Positions 18,805 to 28,218 of a stretch of 64,000 nt of DNA are shown one piece after another. The stretch covers positions 138-64,137 of the forward strand of contig JAFAOS010000252.1 in assembly GCA_019247515.1 (NCBI GenBank), in the 5' to 3' direction. Under the pieces are notes generated by a model that saw nothing but the letters and a program-made list of their open reading frames with translations, was not told where the DNA came from and did no database searches. This stretch comes from Chloroflexota bacterium. GTDB taxonomy: Bacteria; Chloroflexota; UBA6077; CF-72. The position numbers and the translations under genes were made by a program. The first letter of the stretch is position 1. Each line of letters opens with the position of its first letter.

Positions 18805-19968
18805 ATGCCTGAAGCCGTCATCGTGGCTGCTACACGTTCGCCGATCGGCCGCGCCAACAAGGGTCATCTCGTCGACGTCCGACCCGACAACCTGGCCGCG
18901 CACGTGGTCTCCAGAGTCATGGACAAGGTGCCGCAACTGTCGGCCGACATGGTCGAGGACCTGCTGTGCGGCTGCGGGCTGCCGGGCGGCGAGCAGGGCT
19001 TCAACCTGGCTCGCGTCGTCAGCATCCTGAGTCGGGTCAATTCGCCGGGCGTCACCGTCAATCGCTACTGCTCCAGCTCGCTGGCCACGACGCGCATGGC
19101 CGCGCACGCGATCAAGGCCGGCGAGGGCGACGTGTTCCTGTCTGTCGGCGTCGAGTGCGTCTCGCGCTTCGGCAACGGCACCTCCGATCCGCGTTCTGCC
19201 CGCAACCCTCGGCTGGAGCCGGGCAACGCCGAGGGCTATCCAGACATCTACATCTCGATGGGCCTGACCGCCGAGAACGTCGCCGAGCGCGAGGGCATTT
19301 CGCGCGAGGAGATGGACCAGTATGCGGTCAAGAGCCAGACCGCCGCGGTCGCCGCCCAGGAGTCGGGGTTCTTCGATCGCGAGATCGTGCCCGTGCCGCT
19401 GCCGAATGGCGAGGTCTTCTCTCGCGACGACGGCCCGCGGCCGGGCACGACGATGGAGGTACTCGCCACGCTCAAGCCGGCGTTTCGCGAGGACGGCGCG
19501 GTGACGGCCGGCAACTCGTGTCCGCTCAACGACGGCGCCGCGGCGGTGGTGTTGATGTCTGATTCGCGCGCCCGCGACCTGGGCGTGCAACCCCTGGCGC
19601 GCGTCATTGCCACGGGCGTCTCGGCGCTGGAGCCCGAGATCATGGGCCTGGGCCCGGTCGACGCCTCGCGCCAGGCCCTCAAGCGCGCTGGCATGACCAT
19701 GGACGACATCGACGTGGTGGAGATCAACGAGGCCTTTGCGGCGCAGGTCATCCCGTCGGCCAGGAAGCTCGGCGTCGATCCGCTGTCGGACAAGCTCAAT
19801 CCACACGGCGGGGCGATTGCGCTGGGCCACCCGTTTGGGATGACCGGGGCGCGCATCCTGTGCACGCTGCTCAATGACCTGACCACCATGGACAAGACGG
19901 TGGGCCTGGAGACGATGTGCGTCGGCGGCGGTCAGGGGATGGCGATGATCATCGAGCGGCTCACCTAA
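18805..19968 (+). CDS. Acetyl-CoA C-acyltransferase (thiolase)
   Basis: TVNRYCSSS, NDGAAA, EINEAFA, GGAIALGHP, CVGGGQG; GGGAGG RBS. Confidence 0.95.
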   Translation: MPEAVIVAATRSPIGRANKGHLVDVRPDNLAAHVVSRVMDKVPQLSADMVEDLLCGCGLPGGEQGFNLARVVSILSRVNSPGVTVNRYCSSSLATTRMAAHAIKAGEGDVFLSVGVECVSRFGNGTSDPRSARNPRLEPGNAEGYPDIYISMGLTAENVAEREGISREEMDQYAVKSQTAAVAAQESGFFDREIVPVPLPNGEVFSRDDGPRPGTTMEVLATLKPAFREDGAVTAGNSCPLNDGAAAVVLMSDSRARDLGVQPLARVIATGVSALEPEIMGLGPVDASRQALKRAGMTMDDIDVVEINEAFAAQVIPSARKLGVDPLSDKLNPHGGAIALGHPFGMTGARILCTLLNDLTTMDKTVGLETMCVGGGQGMAMIIERLT

Positions 19969-19988
19969 GTGCTCGCCGCATCCGGCTC

Positions 19989-20370
19989 TTGAGCATGTTT
20001 ATGTACGCCGCTGCGCGGCGGAGGGGTTCCACCCCTCTACCCCGCTGGCGTGGCCGACAAGGATCGACCACAGTTGTCAGCGGCGTGTTCGACAAGAGGG
20101 GGAGCTCCGCTCCCCCCGGAATCCCCCCACGGGGCTTCGCCGAATGCTGAGATCTGCACGGCGGTCAAGATGCTCCGGCCGCCGAAGGCCGTGGGGACTG
20201 GGGAGCGGAGCTCCCCAGCGTAGCGCTCCCTCGCTGAAAGCTGTGGTCGACTGCCGTCGGCCACGCCAGCGGGGTAGAGGGGCAGCGCCCCTCCGCCGCG
20301 CAGCGGCGTGCATAAGCATGCTCAGAACCTGATGTGCAGCGGCGCGCATAGGCAGGCGTCGCAGCTCGAG
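19989..20370. repeat. Long palindromic element (family C), copy 2
   Basis: Arms nearly identical to 2320-2715 with a shorter, different core; 36-bp units at the right end; between convergent genes. Confidence 0.85.
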
Positions 20371-20373
20371 AGT

Positions 20374-21330
20374 TCAGAGAGGCTTGTGGAGGATGACCGA
20401 GGCCGGCTCCAGCTTGAAGCCGAGCTCCAGGTTGATGTGCAGCATCGGCGCGTTGGTCGCATCGTTTTCGGCGCGGATTTCGACGAAGCCGTGCTGCCGC
20501 GCATAGTCGATCGTCAGCAGTTTCAACGCGAGGGCGAGGCCGCGGCCGCGGTAGGCGGCGTCCACGCCGGTGAAGCCGACGTGGAGGATGCCAGGACGTC
20601 GCGAATCCCGGCGGAGCCGGCTGATCGCGACCATGCGCGTGCCGTCGAGCGCCAGAAAGCTGCCTCCGTCGAGCGCGGTTTCGGGGTTCAGCTCGACGGC
20701 CAGGAACTGATCGAACAGCAGCGAGCCCTCGGGGTCGTAGCCGGGCTCGTCCCGGTAGATGCGTTGCTCGAACTCGTAGAGGTCCCGCGCGAAGTGGTCG
20801 CCCCGTCGCTGGCGCTCGTCCGCGAGCGTCACCACGGACAGCCCCTGATCGGCGACTCGGCGGGTCGCCGACGGCAGGCGCTCGAGCTTGCCCTCAGCGA
20901 CCTCCAGGGCCGCATCCCAGCGACGGTGCGCTTCCTCGAACCCGCGGTGTTGGAGAAAGGCAACGCTCCATGGACGCACTTCTGAGGCTTCCGCGCTGAT
21001 CTGACGCGGATTCCAGTTCGCGACGACGTGGTCGAGCAATCCTGAATACAGGCATGCGCCGACGCCCTGGCGTTGAAAGTCCGGGTCCACATTCAGGCGC
21101 AGGTAGAACTTTTGCGGGTGATACGCCCACCAGCCATGCCCAAGCTCGCCCCAGCCGACCACCAGGCCGTCGCGCTCGGCGGCGAGCCCGTAGCGCAGCA
21201 GGCGCGGATTCCAGCTGGCGTCGCGCTCGCGGTACCAGTCTGGACCGCGGCTCTCGGCGGGATCGATCGCCGTGCCGATCGCCGCCAGCCGCTCGTAGTC
21301 GGCTGGCTCGACCGGTCGGAGTCTGGTCAC
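20374..21330 (-). CDS. Tandem GNAT family N-acetyltransferase
   Basis: Two motif A copies, VDPDFQRQGVG and TGVDAAYRGRGLA; NAPMLHINLELGF. Confidence 0.88.
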   Translation of the reverse strand: MTRLRPVEPADYERLAAIGTAIDPAESRGPDWYRERDASWNPRLLRYGLAAERDGLVVGWGELGHGWWAYHPQKFYLRLNVDPDFQRQGVGACLYSGLLDHVVANWNPRQISAEASEVRPWSVAFLQHRGFEEAHRRWDAALEVAEGKLERLPSATRRVADQGLSVVTLADERQRRGDHFARDLYEFEQRIYRDEPGYDPEGSLLFDQFLAVELNPETALDGGSFLALDGTRMVAISRLRRDSRRPGILHVGFTGVDAAYRGRGLALALKLLTIDYARQHGFVEIRAENDATNAPMLHINLELGFKLEPASVILHKPL

Positions 21331-21337
21331 GGTGCGT

Positions 21338-22987
21338 TCAGTCGTCGCGGCCGTAGTGGAGGCGGCGGTAGGGCACGGTGATGACGTTGCGCGAAATGCG
21401 CGCGTCGATGACCATGACGCCCTTGTTCGCCAGCCAGTCGGCGGCGGCAGTGCGCACGTCCTCGACGTGCGTTGCCAGACAGCCGCGACCACCGAACGAG
21501 CGCGCGACCGCGCCCAGGTCCGGCGTCGGGATCGTCGCCAGATCGAACTGCCGGTCGTGGGCTTTCATCTTGTGGTACTCGGAGCCGAGGGCCTGGTCGT
21601 TCAGCACGGTGACCAGCAACGGCATGTCGTAGCGGACGGCGGTTTCGAGTTCGGCCAGGTGCATCATCGTGCTGGCGTCGCCGTCCACGAGCAGGGTGGG
21701 CTGATTGCCGGTGGCGACGATCGCGCCCATCGCGGCGGGCAGCATCTGACCAATGCAACCGAAGAAATGTCCGGCGACGACGCGGCGCCCGGGCGCGTTG
21801 AACAGCATGGTGGTAAAGCCAGTGCTCGCCCCGCTGCCCATGACGAGTTGCACGTCGGTTGGCAGGCTCTGGTCGAGTGTCAGACACACCTCTCGCGGAT
21901 CGACGCGGTCGGCTTCGATCGGGAACTCGGCGGTATCCGCGTGGTGGTTGACCAGCCGCTGCTCGACTTCGGGAGTGCGGTAGCCGGCGCTGGTGAACGA
22001 CCGCTCTGCAAGCCGCGCGTCCAGACTCTCGACACCGAGTCGGGCATCCGCCTGGACATAGCAGTCCGCGGCTTTGGCGCCACTCATCAGCACGTGGGGC
22101 TTGGTGTCGATGTGGATGAAGCGCGCGTTGGGATACAGGTAGCCGTGCTCGGTGGTGTAGCGGTTCAGGCTGGCGCCGACGCCGATGACGCAGTCGGCCT
22201 CCTGGAACAGCTCCATCGCCGTGCTGCTGCCGTAGAAGCCGGAGATACCCACGTAATAGGGTTCCTCCGACAACCAGTTCTTGGCCATGAGCGTGGTGGC
22301 GATCAGCGCGCCCATGCGCCGCGCCAGGCGCACGACCGCTTCACCGGCGCCGGAGCGGATGGCGCCGCGACCGACGATGATCAGCGGTTTGCTGGAGCCC
22401 GCAATGATGTCGACGGCTCGCGCCAGGCTGTCCGGATTGGGCTGAATGCGGTTGGAGCCCAGGATCGCCGACGAGGGCACGTATTCCTCGTCGTCGTCCA
22501 TCGTCTTCTGCTGGGTGTCCATGGGGGCGCTGAGCAGGATCGGTCGCGATTCGAGTTTGGCCCGGTAGAACGCCTTGCGCACCGCGTCGTAGGCGGTGTC
22601 CGGTGACAACACTCGCACGAAGCCGGCTTCGCAGGCTTCGGCAAAGCGCGACTGATCGAAGCGCTGGACATATTCCTCGTCGTCTGTTGGCGACTCGCCG
22701 ACGAAGGCGACCAGGCCAGATTGGGCGCGCGCGGCGGTGACGAGCGCGGTGGCCAGCTGGGTGACGCCCGGTCCGCAGGTGGCCGTGCACACGCCGGGCG
22801 AGTAGGTGACGCGCGCCCAGCCGTCGGCCATGCCCAGGCCGGCGCCTTCGTGGCGTACTTCGAGCAGCTGCACGCCGAGGTCGTGCAGGGCCTCCATCCA
22901 GTACATGTTGCCATCGCCCATCATGCCGAAGACCGACGTCGTGCCCTCGGCGGCGAACGCCTTGGCGAGACCCTCAAAGACCTTCAT
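21338..22987 (-). CDS. Thiamine pyrophosphate-binding protein (acetolactate synthase-like superfamily)
   Basis: RHEGAGLGMADG, TCGPGVT, DGDAS...LND ThDP motif. Confidence 0.9.
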   Translation of the reverse strand: MKVFEGLAKAFAAEGTTSVFGMMGDGNMYWMEALHDLGVQLLEVRHEGAGLGMADGWARVTYSPGVCTATCGPGVTQLATALVTAARAQSGLVAFVGESPTDDEEYVQRFDQSRFAEACEAGFVRVLSPDTAYDAVRKAFYRAKLESRPILLSAPMDTQQKTMDDDEEYVPSSAILGSNRIQPNPDSLARAVDIIAGSSKPLIIVGRGAIRSGAGEAVVRLARRMGALIATTLMAKNWLSEEPYYVGISGFYGSSTAMELFQEADCVIGVGASLNRYTTEHGYLYPNARFIHIDTKPHVLMSGAKAADCYVQADARLGVESLDARLAERSFTSAGYRTPEVEQRLVNHHADTAEFPIEADRVDPREVCLTLDQSLPTDVQLVMGSGASTGFTTMLFNAPGRRVVAGHFFGCIGQMLPAAMGAIVATGNQPTLLVDGDASTMMHLAELETAVRYDMPLLVTVLNDQALGSEYHKMKAHDRQFDLATIPTPDLGAVARSFGGRGCLATHVEDVRTAAADWLANKGVMVIDARISRNVITVPYRRLHYGRDD

Positions 22988-23006
22988 ACCCGCCGATGCT
23001 ATCGAA

Positions 23007-23120
23007 CCCCCTCTCCCTCTGGGAGAGGGCAGGGGTGAGGGCTACGTGCGAGCCGAACAGTGCTGCCGTGATAGGTAGCCCTCACCCGCGCTAAAGCGCG
23101 ACCTCTCCCAGAGGAGAGGT
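23007..23120. repeat. REP-like palindrome pair (ccctctccc...gggagaggg family)
   Basis: Hairpins ccctctccc-tct-gggagaggg and acctctcc-caga-ggagaggt joined by ggtgagggctac/gtagccctcacc; half copy at 35888-35930. Confidence 0.8.
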
Positions 23121-23141
23121 GACTCTCCATTATGCGTCCCC

Positions 23142-24770
23142 TCAGCCGCGGAGCAGCTCGTACCACTCGGCTCGCCGCGACTGGTCCACCCGTGCGCCGA
23201 TGAGCGTGGGCGCGCGCGCGGCGAGCGCGTCGGTCAGCGCGTGGCGAAAATCCTCCAGGCACTCGACGTCGATGCCCCTGCCACCGAACGCGTCGGCGAT
23301 CCTGGCGCAGTCGACGTCAGGCAGACGCGCGCCGACGGGGTGCAGGTTCTGGCGGAGCTGCTTGGTTTCGATTTGCGCCAGCGCCCCGTCCACCCACACC
23401 ACGTAGATGGGTGCGACGTGCTGCTCGACTGCCACGCTGATCTCCGAGGCGCGCATCAGCAGCGAGCCGTCGCCCATGAAGGCCACCACCGGCTCGCCCG
23501 GGTACGTCAGGCACAGCGCGTTGGCCGCGGGCAGCGCGTACCCCATCGTCGACAGGCCGTGGGCGGTGAAGTAGCGGCCCGGTGCGGAGGCCGACCACAG
23601 ATAGGACGCCAGCGGCTTGCCGAAGCCCGCGTCGACCGCGACCCGCGTCTCGGATGGCAGGAGCGAGCGCGCCAGGCGCAGTGCGCTGGCGATGGTAAAT
23701 CCGCCGTCGTCGAGGTGGAAGGGCGTGGCAAGCTGCGATCGATAGCTGGCGACCTCAGCCTCCGACCATTTTGAAGTGGGTCCAGACGCGGCGCACGCGA
23801 GCGCCGTCAACGCCGCGCGCGTCGGGCCGACGAGCTGAATTGTGGTGGGGGCGAAGCGCTGGGTATCGGGGCGCTCGTTGACCGCGATCAGCGGCGCGGA
23901 GTAGCGCCAGGCGCCGTTGAAGAAGTCCGTCGCGTCCAGGCCGACCGTCAACAGCAGGTCGCTGCGCGACAGCAGCTCGGTCTCGAGATTGCCGTTCATG
24001 AAGGCGCCGGCGAACCACTCGGATTCAGCCGCGAGGATGCCCATCGCCGACGGGCTGGTGAACATCGGCGCGTGGAGGGTCGTTCCGAGGTGCTCCAGGG
24101 CGGCGCGGGTTGGCGCATCCGCCGGACAGTTTCCGCCGACGATCATCGCGGGCCGCGCCGCGCGTGAGAGCTGCTCCGCGACGTCGGCGGGCAGCGGCTG
24201 AGTGTCCGCGCCCGCGACCAGCGTGCGGGTGTGCGATCCCAGCTGCAGCAAGGGCCAGGCGTCCAGACTGTCGATCGCCGCGGCGCTGGCGACGTCCTCG
24301 CGCAGCTCGAACAACACCGGACCAGCCGGCGGCGCCAGAGCCGTCTCGAGCGCTCGCGCCAGTACCTGGTGGATGCGCGGGCTTGCGGTGGTCGTCCACT
24401 TCGTGACCGGCTCGACCAGGCGGTGGGTGTCCAGACCCTGACGGATGATGATCGGCGCGCGCTCGGGGTTGTGCTGGCCAGTCACGACCAGCAGCGGCAC
24501 GCGGTCGAGCCAGGCGTGCGCCAGGCCGTTGATGGCGTTGGTGATGCCGGGCGCGAGGGTGACGACAACCACGCCTGGCAGGCCGGTCGCCTGGGCTTCG
24601 GTCGCGGCCATGAGCACGGCGGCGCCTTCCTCGCGCGCGGCGACGTAGGTAAGCCCGGCGTCGTCGAGCGCGTCGAGCAGCCGCAGGTGGTCTTCGCCGG
24701 GCAAGCCGTAGACGCGCCGCACGCCGGCCGCGCGGAGCACGCTGGCGAAGGCGGCGGCAACGCTCGGCAT
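23142..24770 (-). CDS. Thiamine pyrophosphate-binding protein
   Basis: YGLPGE, AREEGAAVLMA, APGITNA, GLSTMGYALP, MGDGS. Confidence 0.9.
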   Translation of the reverse strand: MPSVAAAFASVLRAAGVRRVYGLPGEDHLRLLDALDDAGLTYVAAREEGAAVLMAATEAQATGLPGVVVVTLAPGITNAINGLAHAWLDRVPLLVVTGQHNPERAPIIIRQGLDTHRLVEPVTKWTTTASPRIHQVLARALETALAPPAGPVLFELREDVASAAAIDSLDAWPLLQLGSHTRTLVAGADTQPLPADVAEQLSRAARPAMIVGGNCPADAPTRAALEHLGTTLHAPMFTSPSAMGILAAESEWFAGAFMNGNLETELLSRSDLLLTVGLDATDFFNGAWRYSAPLIAVNERPDTQRFAPTTIQLVGPTRAALTALACAASGPTSKWSEAEVASYRSQLATPFHLDDGGFTIASALRLARSLLPSETRVAVDAGFGKPLASYLWSASAPGRYFTAHGLSTMGYALPAANALCLTYPGEPVVAFMGDGSLLMRASEISVAVEQHVAPIYVVWVDGALAQIETKQLRQNLHPVGARLPDVDCARIADAFGGRGIDVECLEDFRHALTDALAARAPTLIGARVDQSRRAEWYELLRG

Positions 24771-24817
24771 GCCCGTTAGTGAACCATGGCGCTTCGAGTC
24801 CATACACTGGTGTGGCC

Positions 24818-26008
24818 GTGACCGATCGTGCGCTCCAGGGTGTCACCGTCCTCGAGCTGGGCCAGATCTACAACGTCCCCTACTGTGTCCTGCTGCTCGC
24901 CAACCTCGGCGCCGAGGTCATCAAGATCGAGCCGCTCACCGGCGAGCCCGCGCGCCAGCGCGCCGGCGGCCAGGACGCTACGCCGTTCGTCATGCTCAAC
25001 TCGGGCAAGCGCGGCGTGTGCCTCAACCTGAAATCCGACAAGGGCAAGGAGCTGTTTCTGGCTCTGGCGGCTCAGGCGGACGTCGTCGTCGAAAACTACC
25101 GCGCCGGCACGCTCGACAAGCTCGGCCTCGGCTTCGAGGTGCTGCACGCCCTCAACCCACGGCTGATCCTGGCCAGTGGCCGCGGCTTCTCCCGCAAAGG
25201 CCCGCATCGATCGCTGGCGGCGATGGACCTGACCGTCCAGGCCATGACGGGCGTGATGGCCGCCACCGGCTTCGCCGACAACCCTCCCGTCAAAGCTGGG
25301 CCGGCCTTCGCCGATTTTCTCGGCGGCGTCCACCTGCTCGCCGGCATCCTGGCGGCGCTGCTCCAGCGCGAACGCACAGGCCAGGGCCAGCACGTCGAGG
25401 TCGCCATGCAGGACGCGTTGCTGCCGGCGCTGGCCTCCAACCTGAGTGCGCTGATCGACTCGGAGGGTGCTCTGCCGGAGCGGACCGGCAATCGGCACGG
25501 CGGCCTGGCGCTGTGTCCCTACAACACGTACTCGGCGGAGGACGGCTGGGTGGCGATCTTTTGCGCGACGGACCGCCAGTGGCTGTCGCTGTGCGACGTC
25601 CTCCACCGGCCCGACCTGCGCGCGGACCCCACGCTCCAGACCAATCCGGGGCGTGCCAAACGCATGGATGAGCTCGACGGGATTGTGGGCGAGTGGACAG
25701 GTGCGCGCACCCGACGCGAGTGCCTGGCACTGCTCGGACAGGCGGGCATTCCGGCCGCGCCAGTGCTGGCCTTGCACGAAGTTCTGCACGACGAGCAGAT
25801 CGAGGCCAGCGGCATGCTGCGCACCATCCAGCATCCCCGACGCGGCGCCATGCGCGTCTTCGGCAGTCCGATCGATTTGTCGGATTCGCCACGTCCGGAG
25901 CTGGCGACCGCGCCCGGACTCGGCGAGCACACCCGCGGCGTGCTGCGCGACCGGCTCCACCTGTCCGACGCGGACCTCGACGCACTCCAGTCCGAAGGTG
26001 TCATCTAG
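24818..26008 (+). CDS. CaiB/BaiF family III CoA-transferase
   Basis: LGAEVIKIEP, NSGKR, ADVVVENYR, NPRLI, TGQGQHVEV, APGLGEHT; start approximate. Confidence 0.92.
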   Translation: MTDRALQGVTVLELGQIYNVPYCVLLLANLGAEVIKIEPLTGEPARQRAGGQDATPFVMLNSGKRGVCLNLKSDKGKELFLALAAQADVVVENYRAGTLDKLGLGFEVLHALNPRLILASGRGFSRKGPHRSLAAMDLTVQAMTGVMAATGFADNPPVKAGPAFADFLGGVHLLAGILAALLQRERTGQGQHVEVAMQDALLPALASNLSALIDSEGALPERTGNRHGGLALCPYNTYSAEDGWVAIFCATDRQWLSLCDVLHRPDLRADPTLQTNPGRAKRMDELDGIVGEWTGARTRRECLALLGQAGIPAAPVLALHEVLHDEQIEASGMLRTIQHPRRGAMRVFGSPIDLSDSPRPELATAPGLGEHTRGVLRDRLHLSDADLDALQSEGVI

Positions 26009-26010
26009 CG

Positions 26011-27168
26011 TTGGATTTCCAGCTGACGCCGGAGCAGCGCGACCTCCAGCAACTGGTGCGCGACATCGCGCACAGGGAGCTTGCGCCGCTGGCGTCTCGC
26101 TGGGACCGCACCCACGAGTTTCCGTGGGACAGTATCCGCGCGCTCGGCCGCGCCGGCGTGCTGGGACTCACGATTCCGGAGCGGTACGGGGGCGTCGGCG
26201 GCAGCTGGTTCGAAGCGGTTCTGGCGATCGAAGAAGTGGCGCGCGTCTGCTACCAGACGGCCATGGCCGTCCTGGGCGAGCTTGGGGTGCAAACGCAAAC
26301 GATCGTCCATTACGGCACCGACGCCCACAAGGCGCGCTACCTGCCTGCGGTGGGGCGCGGCGAGCTGATCTGCGCGATCTGCATGACCGAACCGGACGCC
26401 GGGTCGGACGCGGGCGCCATCCTCACCCAGGCGACCGCCGCGAAGGACGGCTACACGATCAACGGCAGCAAAGTCCTGATCAGCCGCGCGGACGTTGCGG
26501 GTGTATTTCTCACGTTCGTGCGTTTCGGCGACACCCCGGGCAGTCGGGGTGTTGGCGCCGTGTTGATCGACCGCGGCACGCCTGGGCTCGAAATCGGACC
26601 TGGCGAAGAGACGCTCGGCGGCGAATTGCTGTTTCCCGTCTACTTTCACGACGTGCACCTCTCACCCGAAGCGGTGCTCGTGAAAGAGCATGGTTTTCGC
26701 AAGCTGATGGCTGCCTTCAACGGGCAGCGGTGCCTGAACGCGGCGATCAGCCTGGGCCAGGCGCAGGGCGCGTTCGACGCGGCGGTCACCTACGTGCAGA
26801 CGCGCCGGCAATTCGGTCAGCGCCTGGCGGACTTCCAGGGTGTCCAGTGGATGCTCGCGGACATGGCGATCGACCTGGACGCGGCGCGGCTGCTCATTTA
26901 TCGGGCGGCCTGCAACGCGGGCGCCGGATTGCCAGACCAGGTGGAGGCCGCCAAAGCGAAGGCATTTGCGAATGAGACTGCCATTCACGTGAGCAATCAA
27001 GCCATGCAGCTATTTGGCGGACACGGGTATTTGAAGTCGATGCAAGTCGAGCGCTTCCTGCGCGGCGCGCGGTTTGGCGCGTTGGCCGGCGGCACGCCGC
27101 AGATCCAGCGCAACATCATCGCCGACTCTCTGGTCGGACGCCGGGCTACTGGTCGCGCGCGTGATTGA
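26011..27168 (+). CDS. Acyl-CoA dehydrogenase family protein
   Basis: MTEPDAGSD, INGSK, RRQFG, FQGVQWMLADM, QLFGGHGY. Confidence 0.92.
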   Translation: MDFQLTPEQRDLQQLVRDIAHRELAPLASRWDRTHEFPWDSIRALGRAGVLGLTIPERYGGVGGSWFEAVLAIEEVARVCYQTAMAVLGELGVQTQTIVHYGTDAHKARYLPAVGRGELICAICMTEPDAGSDAGAILTQATAAKDGYTINGSKVLISRADVAGVFLTFVRFGDTPGSRGVGAVLIDRGTPGLEIGPGEETLGGELLFPVYFHDVHLSPEAVLVKEHGFRKLMAAFNGQRCLNAAISLGQAQGAFDAAVTYVQTRRQFGQRLADFQGVQWMLADMAIDLDAARLLIYRAACNAGAGLPDQVEAAKAKAFANETAIHVSNQAMQLFGGHGYLKSMQVERFLRGARFGALAGGTPQIQRNIIADSLVGRRATGRARD

Positions 27169-27622
27169 AGTCGACGAACGATTCGACGTTCCAGCGCCGC
27201 CGGCGACGGTGTGGGAGTTGCTGGCGGACCCCGAGGCGGTGGTCGGCTGTGTGCCGGGCGCGGCGATCGTCGCCGAAAATGACGACGGGTCCCTGGAGAC
27301 CTCGCTCACGGTCAAGTTTGGTCCGGTCGCCGTCGCGTTTCAGGCGCACGCCGAGCTGGACCTGGACCCGGAAGCCATGCAAGGCCGGCTGTCGGCGCGT
27401 GGACGCGACAAGCAGGGCGGTGCGCGATTTCAGGCTTCGGCGACTTTCGGAGTGGCGGCGGACAGGGCGGGCTCGACGGTCACCACCCACGGCGAGGTAG
27501 AGATTTCGGGCCGGCTGGCCTCGATGATCGAAGGCGGCGCCGGCGTCGTTGCGAAACGGATGTCGGCGCAGTTCGCCGACTGCTTACGCGCCCGCTGTGC
27601 CCATGACTTGCCCGGACAGTAG
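27161..27622 (+). CDS. SRPBCC/CoxG-like protein
   Basis: VWELLADPEAVVGCVPGA, VKFGPV, ISGRLAS. Confidence 0.85.
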   Translation: MIEVDERFDVPAPPATVWELLADPEAVVGCVPGAAIVAENDDGSLETSLTVKFGPVAVAFQAHAELDLDPEAMQGRLSARGRDKQGGARFQASATFGVAADRAGSTVTTHGEVEISGRLASMIEGGAGVVAKRMSAQFADCLRARCAHDLPGQ

Positions 27623-27632
27623 CGCGCCCGCC

Positions 27633-28176
27633 TGACAAGTTGCTGAAAGGTTTGCTTCTCGCTAGAGAAGAATGGCCGGCACTGCGAAAGCTGGCGGCTA
27701 CAAATGTCAGCTCACGCCCTCTGACGAACGCAGGTTCAGTGATTCCACGTACGGTGGAGACCTTCAGGCTGTTTCATCCGCGCCCGAGCGCCTGTGGTCG
27801 AGGTTCCCCTGACAGCTTGCTGAAAGGTTTGCTTCTCGCTAGAGAGGAATGGCCGGCACTGCGAAGCTGGCGGCTACAAATGTCAGCTCACGCCCTCTGA
27901 CGAACGCAGGTTCAGTGATTCCACCTACGGTGGAGCCCTTCAGGCTGTTTCATCCGCGCCCGAGCGCCTGTGGTCGAGGTTCCCATGACAGCTTGCTGAA
28001 AGGTTTGCTTCTCGCTAGAGAAGAATGGCCGGCACTGAAAGCTGGCGGCTACAAATGTGAGCTCACGCCCTCTGACGAACGCAGGTTCAGTGATTCCACG
28101 TACGGTGGAGCCCTTCGAGCGGTTTTCATTCGACCTGCTACGGTGGAGCCCTTCGAGAGGTTTCGTCAACCTGCTA
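27633..28176 (+). repeat. Tandem array of three ~177-bp family A units plus a duplicated ~37-bp right end
   Basis: Units start at 27633, 27810 and 27986 and are near-identical; tail 28103-28140 is repeated at 28141-28176. Confidence 0.92.
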
Positions 28177-28218
28177 AGGGACCATCATCTCGGTGCGGAC
28201 GGTCCTGGCCATCCAGCT

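Noticed and set aside
27633-28176. 177-bp repeats as a CRISPR array or as repeat-protein ORFs (27640, 27849, 27912)
   Set aside because: Whole units are near-identical with no spacers, the frame shifts between units, and the same sequence occurs as dispersed non-coding copies.
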